Assembly: GCA_963733035.1 (NCBI GenBank)
Contig: CAVTBU010000007.1
Location: 544,001 to 608,000 of the forward strand
Length of the DNA stretch: 64,000 nucleotides
Source of the DNA: Pirellulales bacterium
Lineage (GTDB): Bacteria > Planctomycetota > Planctomycetia > Pirellulales > PALSA-1355
Reading direction: 5' to 3'
The position numbers and the translations under genes are program-made. Of this stretch, positions 11,541 through 20,797 are shown in pieces. The notes beneath the pieces are model-generated. The model did not search any database and was not told the origin of the DNA. It worked only from the letters and a program-made list of their open reading frames with translations. Numbering within the stretch: position 1 is the first letter of the stretch; each line of letters begins with the position of its first letter.

Positions 11541-11614
11541 GCCAGCGTAGCTTCAATTGGCAGAGCACCGCATTCGTAATGCGGGGGTTGCGGGTTCGAC
11601 TCCCGCCGCTGGCT
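11541..11614 (+). tRNA. tRNA-Thr (anticodon CGT)
   Basis: Acceptor stem GCCAGCG/CGCTGGC, anticodon arm CCGCA-TTCGTAA-TGCGG, T arm GCGGG-TTCGACT-CCCGC. CCA is not encoded. Confidence 0.95.
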
Positions 11615-11730
11615 CTGGGTGGTTGCAGCCAAACTCCCTAAAGCAGGTGGGCTTTCTTATTGGGCGCTCTCGGCCCGGTGCTCAAACGCCGCGAGCGGCC
11701 CCGATTTTTCCTGGTTGGAGGTAGAACGAT

Positions 11731-13053
11731 ATGTCGTTGGTCGATTCGGACGTCAAGCAGATCGTGCTCGGTGGCGGACCGTTCGGGCCGCAGGAAATTA
11801 AGCAGATCGTGTCGGCGATTGCCGAGGACTTCGGTCAATACCGCACGCTCCGCGACTCCGTTTCCGAACTGGAGGCTCGCGAGGACCGCAGCCCCGCCGC
11901 CAGCGTGCGGCTGGGAGTCTGTCAATTCTTGCTCGGTCGCTACTCGCTGGCCGTCGAGGCGCTCAAGGCGGGCGACGGCGGCGCGCTGGCCCACTTCTAT
12001 CTGGCCAAGTGCTACTATGCCCAGGAGCATTACGACCAGGCGGTTGCCTCGTACGAAGCCGCCAAAGGCGCCGGCTACAACGGCGACGATTGCAGCCTTG
12101 GCATGGCCGAATCGCACAGGATGTCCGGCAAGCCTGACGCGGCCCTGGCCACGCTCGACGGCCTTTCGGGAGCCGTGGAGCAAACGGCCGAGTATCTCTA
12201 CCAACGCGGCGCCACCGTCGCGGCGCTGGGAGGCAATCCGGCCGAGGTCGTGGCCCTGTATGAGCGGGCCGTCGAAGCCGATCCGAACCACGGAGGCGCG
12301 CTGTTTGGTCTGGCCAAAGAGAACGATCGCCGCGGCAACGACGACGTGGCCGTCGATTTGTACGAGCGTTCGGCCGGTCAGTTTCCCACCAACGTCGGCA
12401 CGCTGATCAATCTCGGCGTGCTGTTCGAAGACCGGCTCCAGTTCGAAAAAGCCCAGCAGTGCTACCAGCGGATCCTCGACCAGTATCCCAATCATGCCCG
12501 CGCCCGGTTGTTCCTCAAAGACGCCCAGGCCTCCAGCGACATGTTCTACGACGAGGACGCCCAGCGCAAGCGCGACCGCGCGAGCCAGGTGCTGAGCGTT
12601 CCGGTCAGCGATTTCGAACTGTCGGTTCGCAGCCGCAACTGCCTGCAGAAGATGGGCATCCATACCCTCGGCGATTTGGCCCGCTGCACCGAGGCGGAAT
12701 TGCTTGCAAGCAAGAACTTTGGCGAGACGTCGCTGGTTGAAATTCGCGAAATGTTGTCTTCCAAAGGCCTCTCGCTGGGCCAGTTTGCCACCGCCAAGGC
12801 CGAGCCCGAACCGGCCTTCGAACCCGAGTTCATGTCGGCCGACGAACAGGCCATGCTCGATCGCCCGATTGGCGATCTGAACCTCTCGGTGCGTGCCCGC
12901 AAGTGCATGATTCGCCTGGGGCTAAACACGATCGGCGAATTGCTGCGGCGCACCGGCGACGATTTGCTCGAGTGCAAGAACTTCGGCGTCACGAGCCTCA
13001 ATGAGGTACGCGAAAAGCTCACCGCCCAAGGGCTCAAGCTGCGGGGCGACTGA
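11731..13053 (+). CDS. TPR protein with two tandem RNA polymerase alpha C-terminal domains
   Basis: Multiple TPRs, then [10 protein letters not shown]...[11 protein letters not shown] and [10 protein letters not shown]...[11 protein letters not shown]. No alpha-NTD. Confidence 0.88.
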   Translation: MSLVDSDVKQIVLGGGPFGPQEIKQIVSAIAEDFGQYRTLRDSVSELEAREDRSPAASVRLGVCQFLLGRYSLAVEALKAGDGGALAHFYLAKCYYAQEHYDQAVASYEAAKGAGYNGDDCSLGMAESHRMSGKPDAALATLDGLSGAVEQTAEYLYQRGATVAALGGNPAEVVALYERAVEADPNHGGALFGLAKENDRRGNDDVAVDLYERSAGQFPTNVGTLINLGVLFEDRLQFEKAQQCYQRILDQYPNHARARLFLKDAQASSDMFYDEDAQRKRDRASQVLSVPVSDFELSVRSRNCLQKMGIHTLGDLARCTEAELLASKNFGETSLVEIREMLSSKGLSLGQFATAKAEPEPAFEPEFMSADEQAMLDRPIGDLNLSVRARKCMIRLGLNTIGELLRRTGDDLLECKNFGVTSLNEVREKLTAQGLKLRGD

Positions 13054-13165
13054 TCGCCCGCAAGTCGCTTGCCGCGACATGCCAGATACTCGCGAGCGGG
13101 CCGGTGTTTCGCCGGCCCGTTTGCTTTGGCCGCGGGTCGACGTACTTTCACGGCGAAACGAGCGG

Positions 13166-14296
13166 ATGAACATGAATCGTGCCCCGTTCTCATTCGAAGT
13201 CCACGCGCAAGATGCCGCCACCGCCGCGCGCACCAGCACCTTCCAAACACCTCACGGTGCCGTCGAAATGCCGGCCTTCATGCCCGTCGGCACCCAAGGA
13301 ACGGTCAAAGCCATGACCGTCGACATGCTGCGGGCCAGCGGCGCGCAAATGATCCTGGCCAACACCTACCATTTGGCCCTCCGCCCCGGCGAACAAATCG
13401 TGCGCGAACTGGGCGGTTTGCACCGCTTCTCTGGCTGGGACGGACCAATCCTGACCGACAGCGGTGGCTTTCAGCTCTTCAGCCTGGCCAGCAACACGAA
13501 GATCAGCGAACCGTCGGCCGTGTTTCGCTCGCACATCGACGGCGATCTTTTGGAACTGTCGCCCGAGCGGGCCGTCGAAATCCAGGAAGCTCTGGGCAGC
13601 GATATCGCGATGGTGCTCGATCACGTGGTTGCCCTGCCGAACGAGCCGGAAGTGATTCGTAATGCCATGGAACGAACGCTACGTTGGGCCGCGCGATGTC
13701 AACAGGCGCAAACCCGTGGCGATCAGGCCTTATTTGGCATCGTGCAAGGCGGATTGGATGCGGAGCTACGGGTGGAGTGTGCCCAGCGGCTGGCTGAACT
13801 GAACTTCCCGGGTTACGCCGTGGGAGGATTGAGCGTGGGAGAGACGCCGGCAGAGATGTACCGCGTGCTCGATGTGACGGTGCCGGCCATGCCCGCTGAT
13901 CGTCCACGTTACCTGATGGGCGTCGGCCGTCCCGAGGATCTACTGGAGGCGATCCGTCGCGGCGTCGACCTGTTCGATTGCGTCCTGCCGACGCGTAATG
14001 GCCGCAACGCCTTGGCGTACACCGGCATCGGACCCATTCGCCTGCGCAATTTGCAATACGCCCGCGATCCAAGTCCGCTGGAAGAGGATTGCCCTTGCGC
14101 CGCCTGTCGACACAGCCGCGGATATCTGCGACATCTGTTCTTGGCCAACGAGATGCTGGGTCCGATGCTCGTATCGCTACACAACCTGACCTTCTATCAG
14201 CGTCTGTTGGCCGCGGCGCGCGAGGCCATTTCGGCCGGCAGCTATGCCGCGTTCGCGGACGAGAAACTGCGGGCTCTTGGAGGCTTGGGGGCCTAG
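13166..14296 (+). CDS. tgt: tRNA-guanine transglycosylase
   Basis: [42 protein letters not shown], CxCxxC zinc site. Confidence 0.96.
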   Translation: MNMNRAPFSFEVHAQDAATAARTSTFQTPHGAVEMPAFMPVGTQGTVKAMTVDMLRASGAQMILANTYHLALRPGEQIVRELGGLHRFSGWDGPILTDSGGFQLFSLASNTKISEPSAVFRSHIDGDLLELSPERAVEIQEALGSDIAMVLDHVVALPNEPEVIRNAMERTLRWAARCQQAQTRGDQALFGIVQGGLDAELRVECAQRLAELNFPGYAVGGLSVGETPAEMYRVLDVTVPAMPADRPRYLMGVGRPEDLLEAIRRGVDLFDCVLPTRNGRNALAYTGIGPIRLRNLQYARDPSPLEEDCPCAACRHSRGYLRHLFLANEMLGPMLVSLHNLTFYQRLLAAAREAISAGSYAAFADEKLRALGGLGA

Positions 14297-14321
14297 CGGT
14301 GTGCCGCATCGTGCGGTGCCC

Positions 14322-14350
14322 TTGTCCCTTTTGGGGTAGCACTTTAAGAT
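14322..14350 (+). promoter_or_regulatory. Putative sigma-70 promoter for yajC-secDF
   Basis: TTGTCC-N17-TAAGAT in the tgt-yajC spacer. Confidence 0.4.
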
Positions 14351-14563
14351 ACGCGTTTCGCATCGGGATCGCGGCAAAACCGTGTGCTGGCGGCTTGTGC
14401 TGCCAGCGGATCGTCGGGCACGGTCGTAACCTGCCGGCGCAAGGCGGATTCTCTGTTGGCCCACGCTCGATGGCCGCGGTGAAATGATCGCGCCAAGCCT
14501 GGCAGGCTGGCACGACGTGCCGTCGGCTCCCGACAACACCGTCAAACCAGAGCGGGACTGATC

Positions 14564-14929
14564 TTGGACCACCTAATCTTCTTCTTGTTGGCGCAAGCCC
14601 CCAAGGCGGCACCGGCCTCCGACGAGGGGCCTCAGATCCTGCAGCTGCTGATCCCGGTCGGCGCGGCAATTGCACTTTATTACTTCATGATTTTGCGGCC
14701 CGAGCGACGCAAACAGCAGGGCCAGCGTTCGCGGCTCGACACGCTCAAAAAGAACGACCGCGTGGTGACCATCGGCGGAATCTACGGCGTGGTCATGAAC
14801 GTACAACGCGACACGGACGAAGTGACGCTCAAAATCGACGAGACGACGAACGCGAAAATGCGCGTCACGTTTGGCGCCATCGCACGCGTCGTCGGCGATG
14901 AGGCGTCCAGCGACAAAACAACCTCCTAG
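14564..14929 (+). CDS. yajC: Preprotein translocase subunit YajC
   Basis: YFMILRPERR, LKKNDRVVTIGGIYG; tgt-yajC-secD gene order. Confidence 0.93.
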   Translation: MDHLIFFLLAQAPKAAPASDEGPQILQLLIPVGAAIALYYFMILRPERRKQQGQRSRLDTLKKNDRVVTIGGIYGVVMNVQRDTDEVTLKIDETTNAKMRVTFGAIARVVGDEASSDKTTS

Positions 14930-14946
14930 ACCAGGGACTATCTCTC

Positions 14947-17900
14947 ATGGCTTGGTATTCGAATCTGGCTTGGATCATCGCTCAGGCGGCGCCCAAGGTC
15001 GAAGCGGCAGCGGCCGACGCCGTGCCGGACGCGGCGGGCGACCAAATGACCGGCACGCTGAAACTACTCGTAGCCTTGGGAATCATTGTCGGCTCCTTCG
15101 TACTCGGTTCATTGCTGGCCAATGCGCTGCGCATGAAGGATTACGGATTTCGCCTGGGCATCGTGATCTTCTCGCTCGTGGCCGGCGTCGCGATTTGCTA
15201 CTTCGGCTGGCCGCCGAAACGCGGCATCGACCTCAGCGGCGGCGTGGTGCTCGTCTATGAAGTCGACACTTCCAGCGGCAGCTCCGACTGGATGGCGACC
15301 GCCGTCAAGGACATCAATGAGGATCTCAACGACGAGGGGGGCGAGAAGCTTGTCGCCCGTCCCGTCGGCGAAGACCGCATCGAGATCGTCGTGCCCGCCG
15401 GCGTCGACATCACGGCGGTCGAAAAGAAAGTCGACGCCATGCGCGACTCGGTGGGCATCGTGCTCAACATCGAAAGTCGCGAGAAACGAGACGGCAACAC
15501 CGTGCTGCAGTATCGGGCCGATGCGCGGCAACAGCGAGCCGTGGACATGTCGAAGCTGATCGGCGCGATCCAACGCCGTATCAATCCCGGCGGCGTCAAG
15601 GAACTGACCATCCGCCAATACGGTGCCGAGCAGATCGAAGTGATCATTCCCGAAGTCGAAGAGCGGGAAGTCGAAACGATCAAGAAAAAGATCAGCACCA
15701 GCGGCCTGTTGAACTTCCGCATCGTGGCCAATCCGACCGACGATCGCGAACTGATCCGGGCCGCCCAGCGAACGACCGGACGCGACGTCTACATCGGCGG
15801 CCGTTTGGCCGGCCGTTGGGTCAAGGCCGGTCCCGAGTTGCCGCAATCGCTGCCGCCCCCGCGGGCCACCTACCGCAAAGCACCGGACGGCAGTATGGAA
15901 GTCCTGGTGCGGATGGATCCGTTCAACGTCGACGGTCGCTATCTGACCCGCGCCGGCCAAGGTTTCGACGACCGCGGCGGCCTGTCGGTCGATTTCTCGT
16001 TCGACAGCATCGGGGCCGAAAAATTTCGCCGGCTGACCAATCGCAATCTGCCGGACGACGCAACCGGCATGAAACGCAGCCTGGGAATCATTCTCGACAA
16101 TGAGATGCTCTCGGCGCCCAACATTATCAGCACGATTGGAGGCCGCGGACAAATCAGCGGCAACTTCACCGAGGATGAAATTGACGTCCTGGTGGGCATT
16201 CTCAATGCCGGCAGTCTGCCTGCCTCGCTCCGGCCCAATCCGATCAGCCAGCAGCGAATCAGCGCGCAGCTGGGCGACGACACGATTCGCGCCGGCGCCA
16301 ATGCGATGCTCATTTCGACCGCCGCCATTTTGCTGTTCATGCTCGTCTACTATCGCTTCGCCGGCATGGTCGCCGACGTCGCCGTGACGTTGAACGTGAT
16401 CATTACCGTGGCGCTGATGATCCTGATCAAGGCCGCCTTCACGCTGCCCGGTCTGGCCGGTCTGGTGTTGACCGTCGGCATGGCCGTCGATGCCAACGTG
16501 CTGATCTACGAACGGATCCGCGAGGAATCCGAGCGCGGGTCGTCGCTCCGGATGGCCATCCGCAACGGCTTCTCGCGCACCACCGGCACGATTGTCGACG
16601 CCAATATCACCACCCTGATCACGGCGGTCGTGCTGTATGTCATCGGCACCGACCAGATCAAGGGGTTTGCCGTCACGTTGATTATCGGTTTGCTGGTGAG
16701 CATGTTCACGGCCATCTTTGTATCGCGGGTGATCTTTGACATCGCCGAACGCAAGCGATGGCTTTCCCACCTCAAGATGATGCGGATCGTGGGCCACACG
16801 AATTTCGATTTCATTCGCTACCGCACTCCCGCCATCGCCGTCTCGCTGATCCTGATCGTGATTGGGTTGGCCGCCATGGTCTCGCGCGGCAAGGAGCTGC
16901 TCGACATTGACTTCACGGGCGGATCGAGCGTGCAGGTAGTGTTTGCCGAGGGCAAGCCGCAGAAGATTGCCGATGTTCGCACGGCGGTGGTCGAGTTGCC
17001 CGACGTGGCCGTGAGCAGCGTCGGTGAAGGCGATCTGGAATTCAAAATCGACACGTCCGACCGCGAGATTACGCACGTTCAAGGCGTGCTGAAGGAGGCC
17101 TTCGGCGACGAACTGAAGACCTATAGCATGAGCTACGGCGAACTGTCGAAGATCGAGCCTGAGCAGCCGGCTGACGAAACCGGCGCCGGCGAAGCAAAGC
17201 CGGAGCAAGAACCAACCGAACCCGCCGCGCCCGCCGCGGCCGACAAGCCGGCCGAAAGTCCTGGCGAAACGCCGTCCCCAGCCGATAACGCGGAAAAAGC
17301 CGCGCCGGCTCCTGCCGCGACGCCGGCCGAAACCGACACGCCGGCCGAGGAATCGCCCCCGGCCGAACCCTCCCCGCCCGAGGAGTCGCAATCGTCGTTG
17401 GCACGGAGCAACCCGTTCCAATTCGCCTCCTACCTGCAAGAAGAACCGCAGGACGACCAAGATAAGCCCGAGGAACCCGCCGCAGAAACGCCGGCCGAAG
17501 ATAAGGCGCCAGTAGAGAAGGCAGCGGAAGCGAAGCCAACGGAGCCGCCCGCCGCGGAAAGCAAAGAGCCGTCTAAGGAAGCGACCCCGGCCGAATCGCC
17601 CGCTGCCAACGAGCGGCCGGCGGAGTCGCGCGAAGTGCCCGTCGATGGCTCGATGGTGGGTGGTACTCGCGTCGAGCTGAAATTTCCCGAAGCGATCTCC
17701 CATCAGCCGCTGAGCGAGCTCGTGCAACAGCAGCTAGACGCCATGAAGCAGACCGATGCCGGGTTTCGGTTGACGAACCCGGAGTATCAGACGGGAAGCG
17801 AGCAGCGGTTTGAAACCTGGACGCTGGAAACGACGCTCGGCACCGCCCAGACAAAGGAGCTGCTCGACGGCATGCAACAGGCCTTGGCCGATACCCCGGT

Positions 17901-18525
17901 CTTTCCCTCGTCGAGCGAAATCGGCGGCAAGGTGGCCGGCGATACACAGATGATGGCCACCTACGCGATGCTGGCCAGCATGGTGATGATCGTGCTCTAT
18001 GTCTGGATTCGCTTCCAAAACGTGATCTTCGGTCTGGCCGCCGTGGTGGCGTTGCTGCACGACGTGCTCGTGTCGCTGGCGTTCCTGGCCATGAGCTTCT
18101 ACCTGTCGCCGTACATGGAAGCGCTGCTGGTCGACCCGTTCAAAGTCAGCCTGCCGGTCGTGGCGGCTCTGCTCACGATCGTCGGTTTTTCGATCAACGA
18201 CACGATCGTGATTTTCGACCGCATCCGCGAAGTCCGCGGCAAGAGTCCGGACCTGACGCCGACGATGATCAATTTGAGTGTCAATCAAACCTTGTCTCGC
18301 ACGCTGCTCACCTCGGGCACCGTGTTCATCGCCAGCATCATCTTGTATATCGTGGGTGGACCGGGCATTCATGCCTTTGCCTTCACGATGGTGGTGGGAG
18401 TCATCGCCGGTACCTACAGTTCGGTGTACATTGCGGCGCCGGTGCTGTTGTGGCTGCGAAAATCTTCGAGCACGCCGTCCGCTGCCAGCGAAGCCTATCC
18501 GGCCGCGGCCGCGCGGGGAAACTGA
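14947..18525 (+). CDS. secDF: Fused protein translocase SecD/SecF
   Basis: GIDLSGG, GMAVDANVLIYERIREE, IDFTGG, GFSINDTIVIFDRIRE, GTYSS. Confidence 0.95.
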   Translation: MAWYSNLAWIIAQAAPKVEAAAADAVPDAAGDQMTGTLKLLVALGIIVGSFVLGSLLANALRMKDYGFRLGIVIFSLVAGVAICYFGWPPKRGIDLSGGVVLVYEVDTSSGSSDWMATAVKDINEDLNDEGGEKLVARPVGEDRIEIVVPAGVDITAVEKKVDAMRDSVGIVLNIESREKRDGNTVLQYRADARQQRAVDMSKLIGAIQRRINPGGVKELTIRQYGAEQIEVIIPEVEEREVETIKKKISTSGLLNFRIVANPTDDRELIRAAQRTTGRDVYIGGRLAGRWVKAGPELPQSLPPPRATYRKAPDGSMEVLVRMDPFNVDGRYLTRAGQGFDDRGGLSVDFSFDSIGAEKFRRLTNRNLPDDATGMKRSLGIILDNEMLSAPNIISTIGGRGQISGNFTEDEIDVLVGILNAGSLPASLRPNPISQQRISAQLGDDTIRAGANAMLISTAAILLFMLVYYRFAGMVADVAVTLNVIITVALMILIKAAFTLPGLAGLVLTVGMAVDANVLIYERIREESERGSSLRMAIRNGFSRTTGTIVDANITTLITAVVLYVIGTDQIKGFAVTLIIGLLVSMFTAIFVSRVIFDIAERKRWLSHLKMMRIVGHTNFDFIRYRTPAIAVSLILIVIGLAAMVSRGKELLDIDFTGGSSVQVVFAEGKPQKIADVRTAVVELPDVAVSSVGEGDLEFKIDTSDREITHVQGVLKEAFGDELKTYSMSYGELSKIEPEQPADETGAGEAKPEQEPTEPAAPAAADKPAESPGETPSPADNAEKAAPAPAATPAETDTPAEESPPAEPSPPEESQSSLARSNPFQFASYLQEEPQDDQDKPEEPAAETPAEDKAPVEKAAEAKPTEPPAAESKEPSKEATPAESPAANERPAESREVPVDGSMVGGTRVELKFPEAISHQPLSELVQQQLDAMKQTDAGFRLTNPEYQTGSEQRFETWTLETTLGTAQTKELLDGMQQALADTPVFPSSSEIGGKVAGDTQMMATYAMLASMVMIVLYVWIRFQNVIFGLAAVVALLHDVLVSLAFLAMSFYLSPYMEALLVDPFKVSLPVVAALLTIVGFSINDTIVIFDRIREVRGKSPDLTPTMINLSVNQTLSRTLLTSGTVFIASIILYIVGGPGIHAFAFTMVVGVIAGTYSSVYIAAPVLLWLRKSSSTPSAASEAYPAAAARGN

Positions 18526-18552
18526 CGGTTGCGTAAAGCGTATCGACTAGGT

Positions 18553-18594
18553 AACGCACGACGGTCGTTCGGGCCGTCGTGCGTTTCTCTTTTT
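18553..18594 (+). terminator. Rho-independent terminator after secDF
   Basis: AACGCACGACGGTC / GGCCGTCGTGCGTT stem followed by TCTCTTTTT. Confidence 0.8.
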
Positions 18595-18860
18595 GCAGTC
18601 GCGTGTTGGAACTGTTTCGTCGCCTGGCAGCACGCCATTCGCTAGCGGCGCACGAGTTTGCCTAATGCGAACACCAGTGCCGTTCCGCGCCATGGGGCCT
18701 TCGGCAGAAGCCTAACGCGACTTTGCTTTTTCTTGCGAACTGGTGCCACGGGGACTTCCCTTGTGGCCCTTGCGCTCGGATAGTTATTTGAACGTTGTGA
18801 TGCGCCGAGGGGCGGCGGCGCGAGAGTCGAAGCCGTTTTGTAGTGAAATGAGGTTCGAGG

Positions 18861-19481
18861 ATGCCCGTTGGAAAAAAATTGGCGGTCGTGCTGTCGGTAA
18901 TGATTACCGGCGTTAGCGTGGCCCTGTTTTTCCGCAAGGATGCGTCCCCGTTTTGGTTCTGGAGCCGACGCTCCGACGACCCGTTTGCGCAACAGGTCGA
19001 ACGCCGCGTTGGCGGTCAACCCACTTGGACCCCGCCCCAAGCGGCGTCCCAATTGCCGACGGCCACCGCGGCTATTACCCAGCCCGGCCAGGCTCACACA
19101 AGCCCGCCTGGCTACCCGCAAGACACGCGACCAGTCGGTTCGCTGCTCGCGCCGATTGATGGCGTGGTCGACGGTGCCGATAGCGGACGCTATGAAATTG
19201 GCACGCCGCACGACGCTGCCACGGTCGGCGCCGACGGCCAGCGCAGGCATCGCGTTGAAGACGGCGACACGCTCACCAGGCTCGCCGTCCACTACCTGGG
19301 CAGCGCCGACGCCTATCGTCAGATCTACGACCTGAATCGGGACGTGCTCGATAGCCCGGATTTATTGCCGATCGGCGCGGAACTGCGAATTCCCGCCCGA
19401 GTCCAAACCGGCGCCACGGCCTCGGCCGATCCCGCGGCGGCGACGGGCATGGTTCCACTCCCGCCACGTCCGGGCACATAA
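18861..19481 (+). CDS. LysM domain protein with an N-terminal TM anchor
   Basis: HRVEDGDTLTRLAVHYLG...IYDLN...LPIGAELRIP. Confidence 0.88.
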   Translation: MPVGKKLAVVLSVMITGVSVALFFRKDASPFWFWSRRSDDPFAQQVERRVGGQPTWTPPQAASQLPTATAAITQPGQAHTSPPGYPQDTRPVGSLLAPIDGVVDGADSGRYEIGTPHDAATVGADGQRRHRVEDGDTLTRLAVHYLGSADAYRQIYDLNRDVLDSPDLLPIGAELRIPARVQTGATASADPAAATGMVPLPPRPGT

Positions 19482-19504
19482 AAGTTTGGCGAGCAATGCC
19501 TTCG

Positions 19505-20443
19505 CTACAGCGGCGGCTTTCGCATTTGCCAGGCCAGCGCCGGTTTGATCAGCCGTAGATTGACGAATTCCACGACCATTTCCTGCACGTCGAGACTCTT
19601 TTCGTTGAGCAGTGAAATACCCTGCAAGCTAGTGGCCGGCGTCCGCAGAAGCAGCGTTTGTCGCTCGATGGGGAGCGAATTCGAAACGTCGTGAAATTTG
19701 GCTAGCGCCGTATACAGCCGCTTCGCTTCCGCCAGCATGTGTGCATTGCGGGCGCCGCTGATGATCAGCAGTGCGATATCATTGCGGACCGCAGGATCGA
19801 CCACCGCATCACTAATTCGTACTCCCTTGAAACTCCACTCCGGCGAGATCAACACCAGGGCTTTCACGTCCTGTCCCTGCTTGCCCGTGGCCAACGCGGG
19901 CCAACTCCAATCGAGTACCGCCCAATTGATTGCCAGGCTGGCACCCATGTCGACGCCCACGAGTCCCAGCCGCTCGATGTTCAACTCACCTAGGTTGTTC
20001 TTCTTCATCAGGAAGCCTTTGACCGCTTCGAGATCGCGACGAATCATGTCGGCATAGTCGTCCGTGCGAACGTGCCGAATGCCCAGCATGCTATCGCCGT
20101 GCCCACGCAAGTCCGGCGCGATCACGGCACTGCCGGCCAGTTGAAGTTTGCGGGCCAAGGAATCGACGTCGGCGCGGCTTCCGTTGTATCCGTGCAGTAT
20201 GATGACGGCGGCGGCCTTTTTTCCTGCCCGACTCGGATAATAGGTTGCCGTCAGGGTCTTGTCGTCGGTGGTTTTGATACTGACGACTTCGGGCGGTAGG
20301 GGCTTGTCCTGCCCCTGCTCTTGCCCCGGGGCCGAAGCAGACCAGCCAAGTATCGCCGCCGAGCAGGCCAGCGTCGATAGCACGATCCGAGTACCGTGGG
20401 CTAAGTCACTATGCGGTGCGAACATGCAAGTCATGGCCACCAA
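19505..20443 (-). CDS. Secreted alpha/beta hydrolase-fold protein
   Basis: ILHGYNG, PDLRGHGDS, nucleophile elbow GVDMGA (Asp instead of Ser). Confidence 0.85.
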   Translation of the reverse strand: MVAMTCMFAPHSDLAHGTRIVLSTLACSAAILGWSASAPGQEQGQDKPLPPEVVSIKTTDDKTLTATYYPSRAGKKAAAVIILHGYNGSRADVDSLARKLQLAGSAVIAPDLRGHGDSMLGIRHVRTDDYADMIRRDLEAVKGFLMKKNNLGELNIERLGLVGVDMGASLAINWAVLDWSWPALATGKQGQDVKALVLISPEWSFKGVRISDAVVDPAVRNDIALLIISGARNAHMLAEAKRLYTALAKFHDVSNSLPIERQTLLLRTPATSLQGISLLNEKSLDVQEMVVEFVNLRLIKPALAWQMRKPPL

Positions 20444-20797
20444 GGCTCCTGGATTGGATTCCGGATAGGATGTCGAACCGCCGGCGCGTCGATTTCACGA
20501 TGCCCGCCAATTTCATCGTAAGTTCGCCAATCGGCGCCCGTCAACGTGGCGCCGGATCGACATTTCGGAAAAGAAATGCTGCCCTGAAGCCCGTTTCAGG
20601 CAATAAACGCGGGTCTTTGGTGCGATTCGGTTGATATGGGAAAATGCGCGCCGCGGTGCCGCTTGCCTGGGAAGCGGTTGCACTTTGGCGCGATGTGGAA
20701 GAAGATGAATAAATTGCCGCGCTTCTCGATTTTCGGGATCGGCAACCGCTTGTAGCAGGGAAACTGGCACACGCACCCCATTCCAGCGGCACCTTCG

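Noticed and set aside
14507..14522. Sigma-54 promoter before yajC
   Set aside because: GG-N10-GC spacing is not met.
15109..17727. 872-aa antisense ORF (and similar long shadow ORFs such as 52879..54723 and 39318..40841)
   Set aside because: Opposite well-supported genes; expected artefacts of high-GC codon usage.
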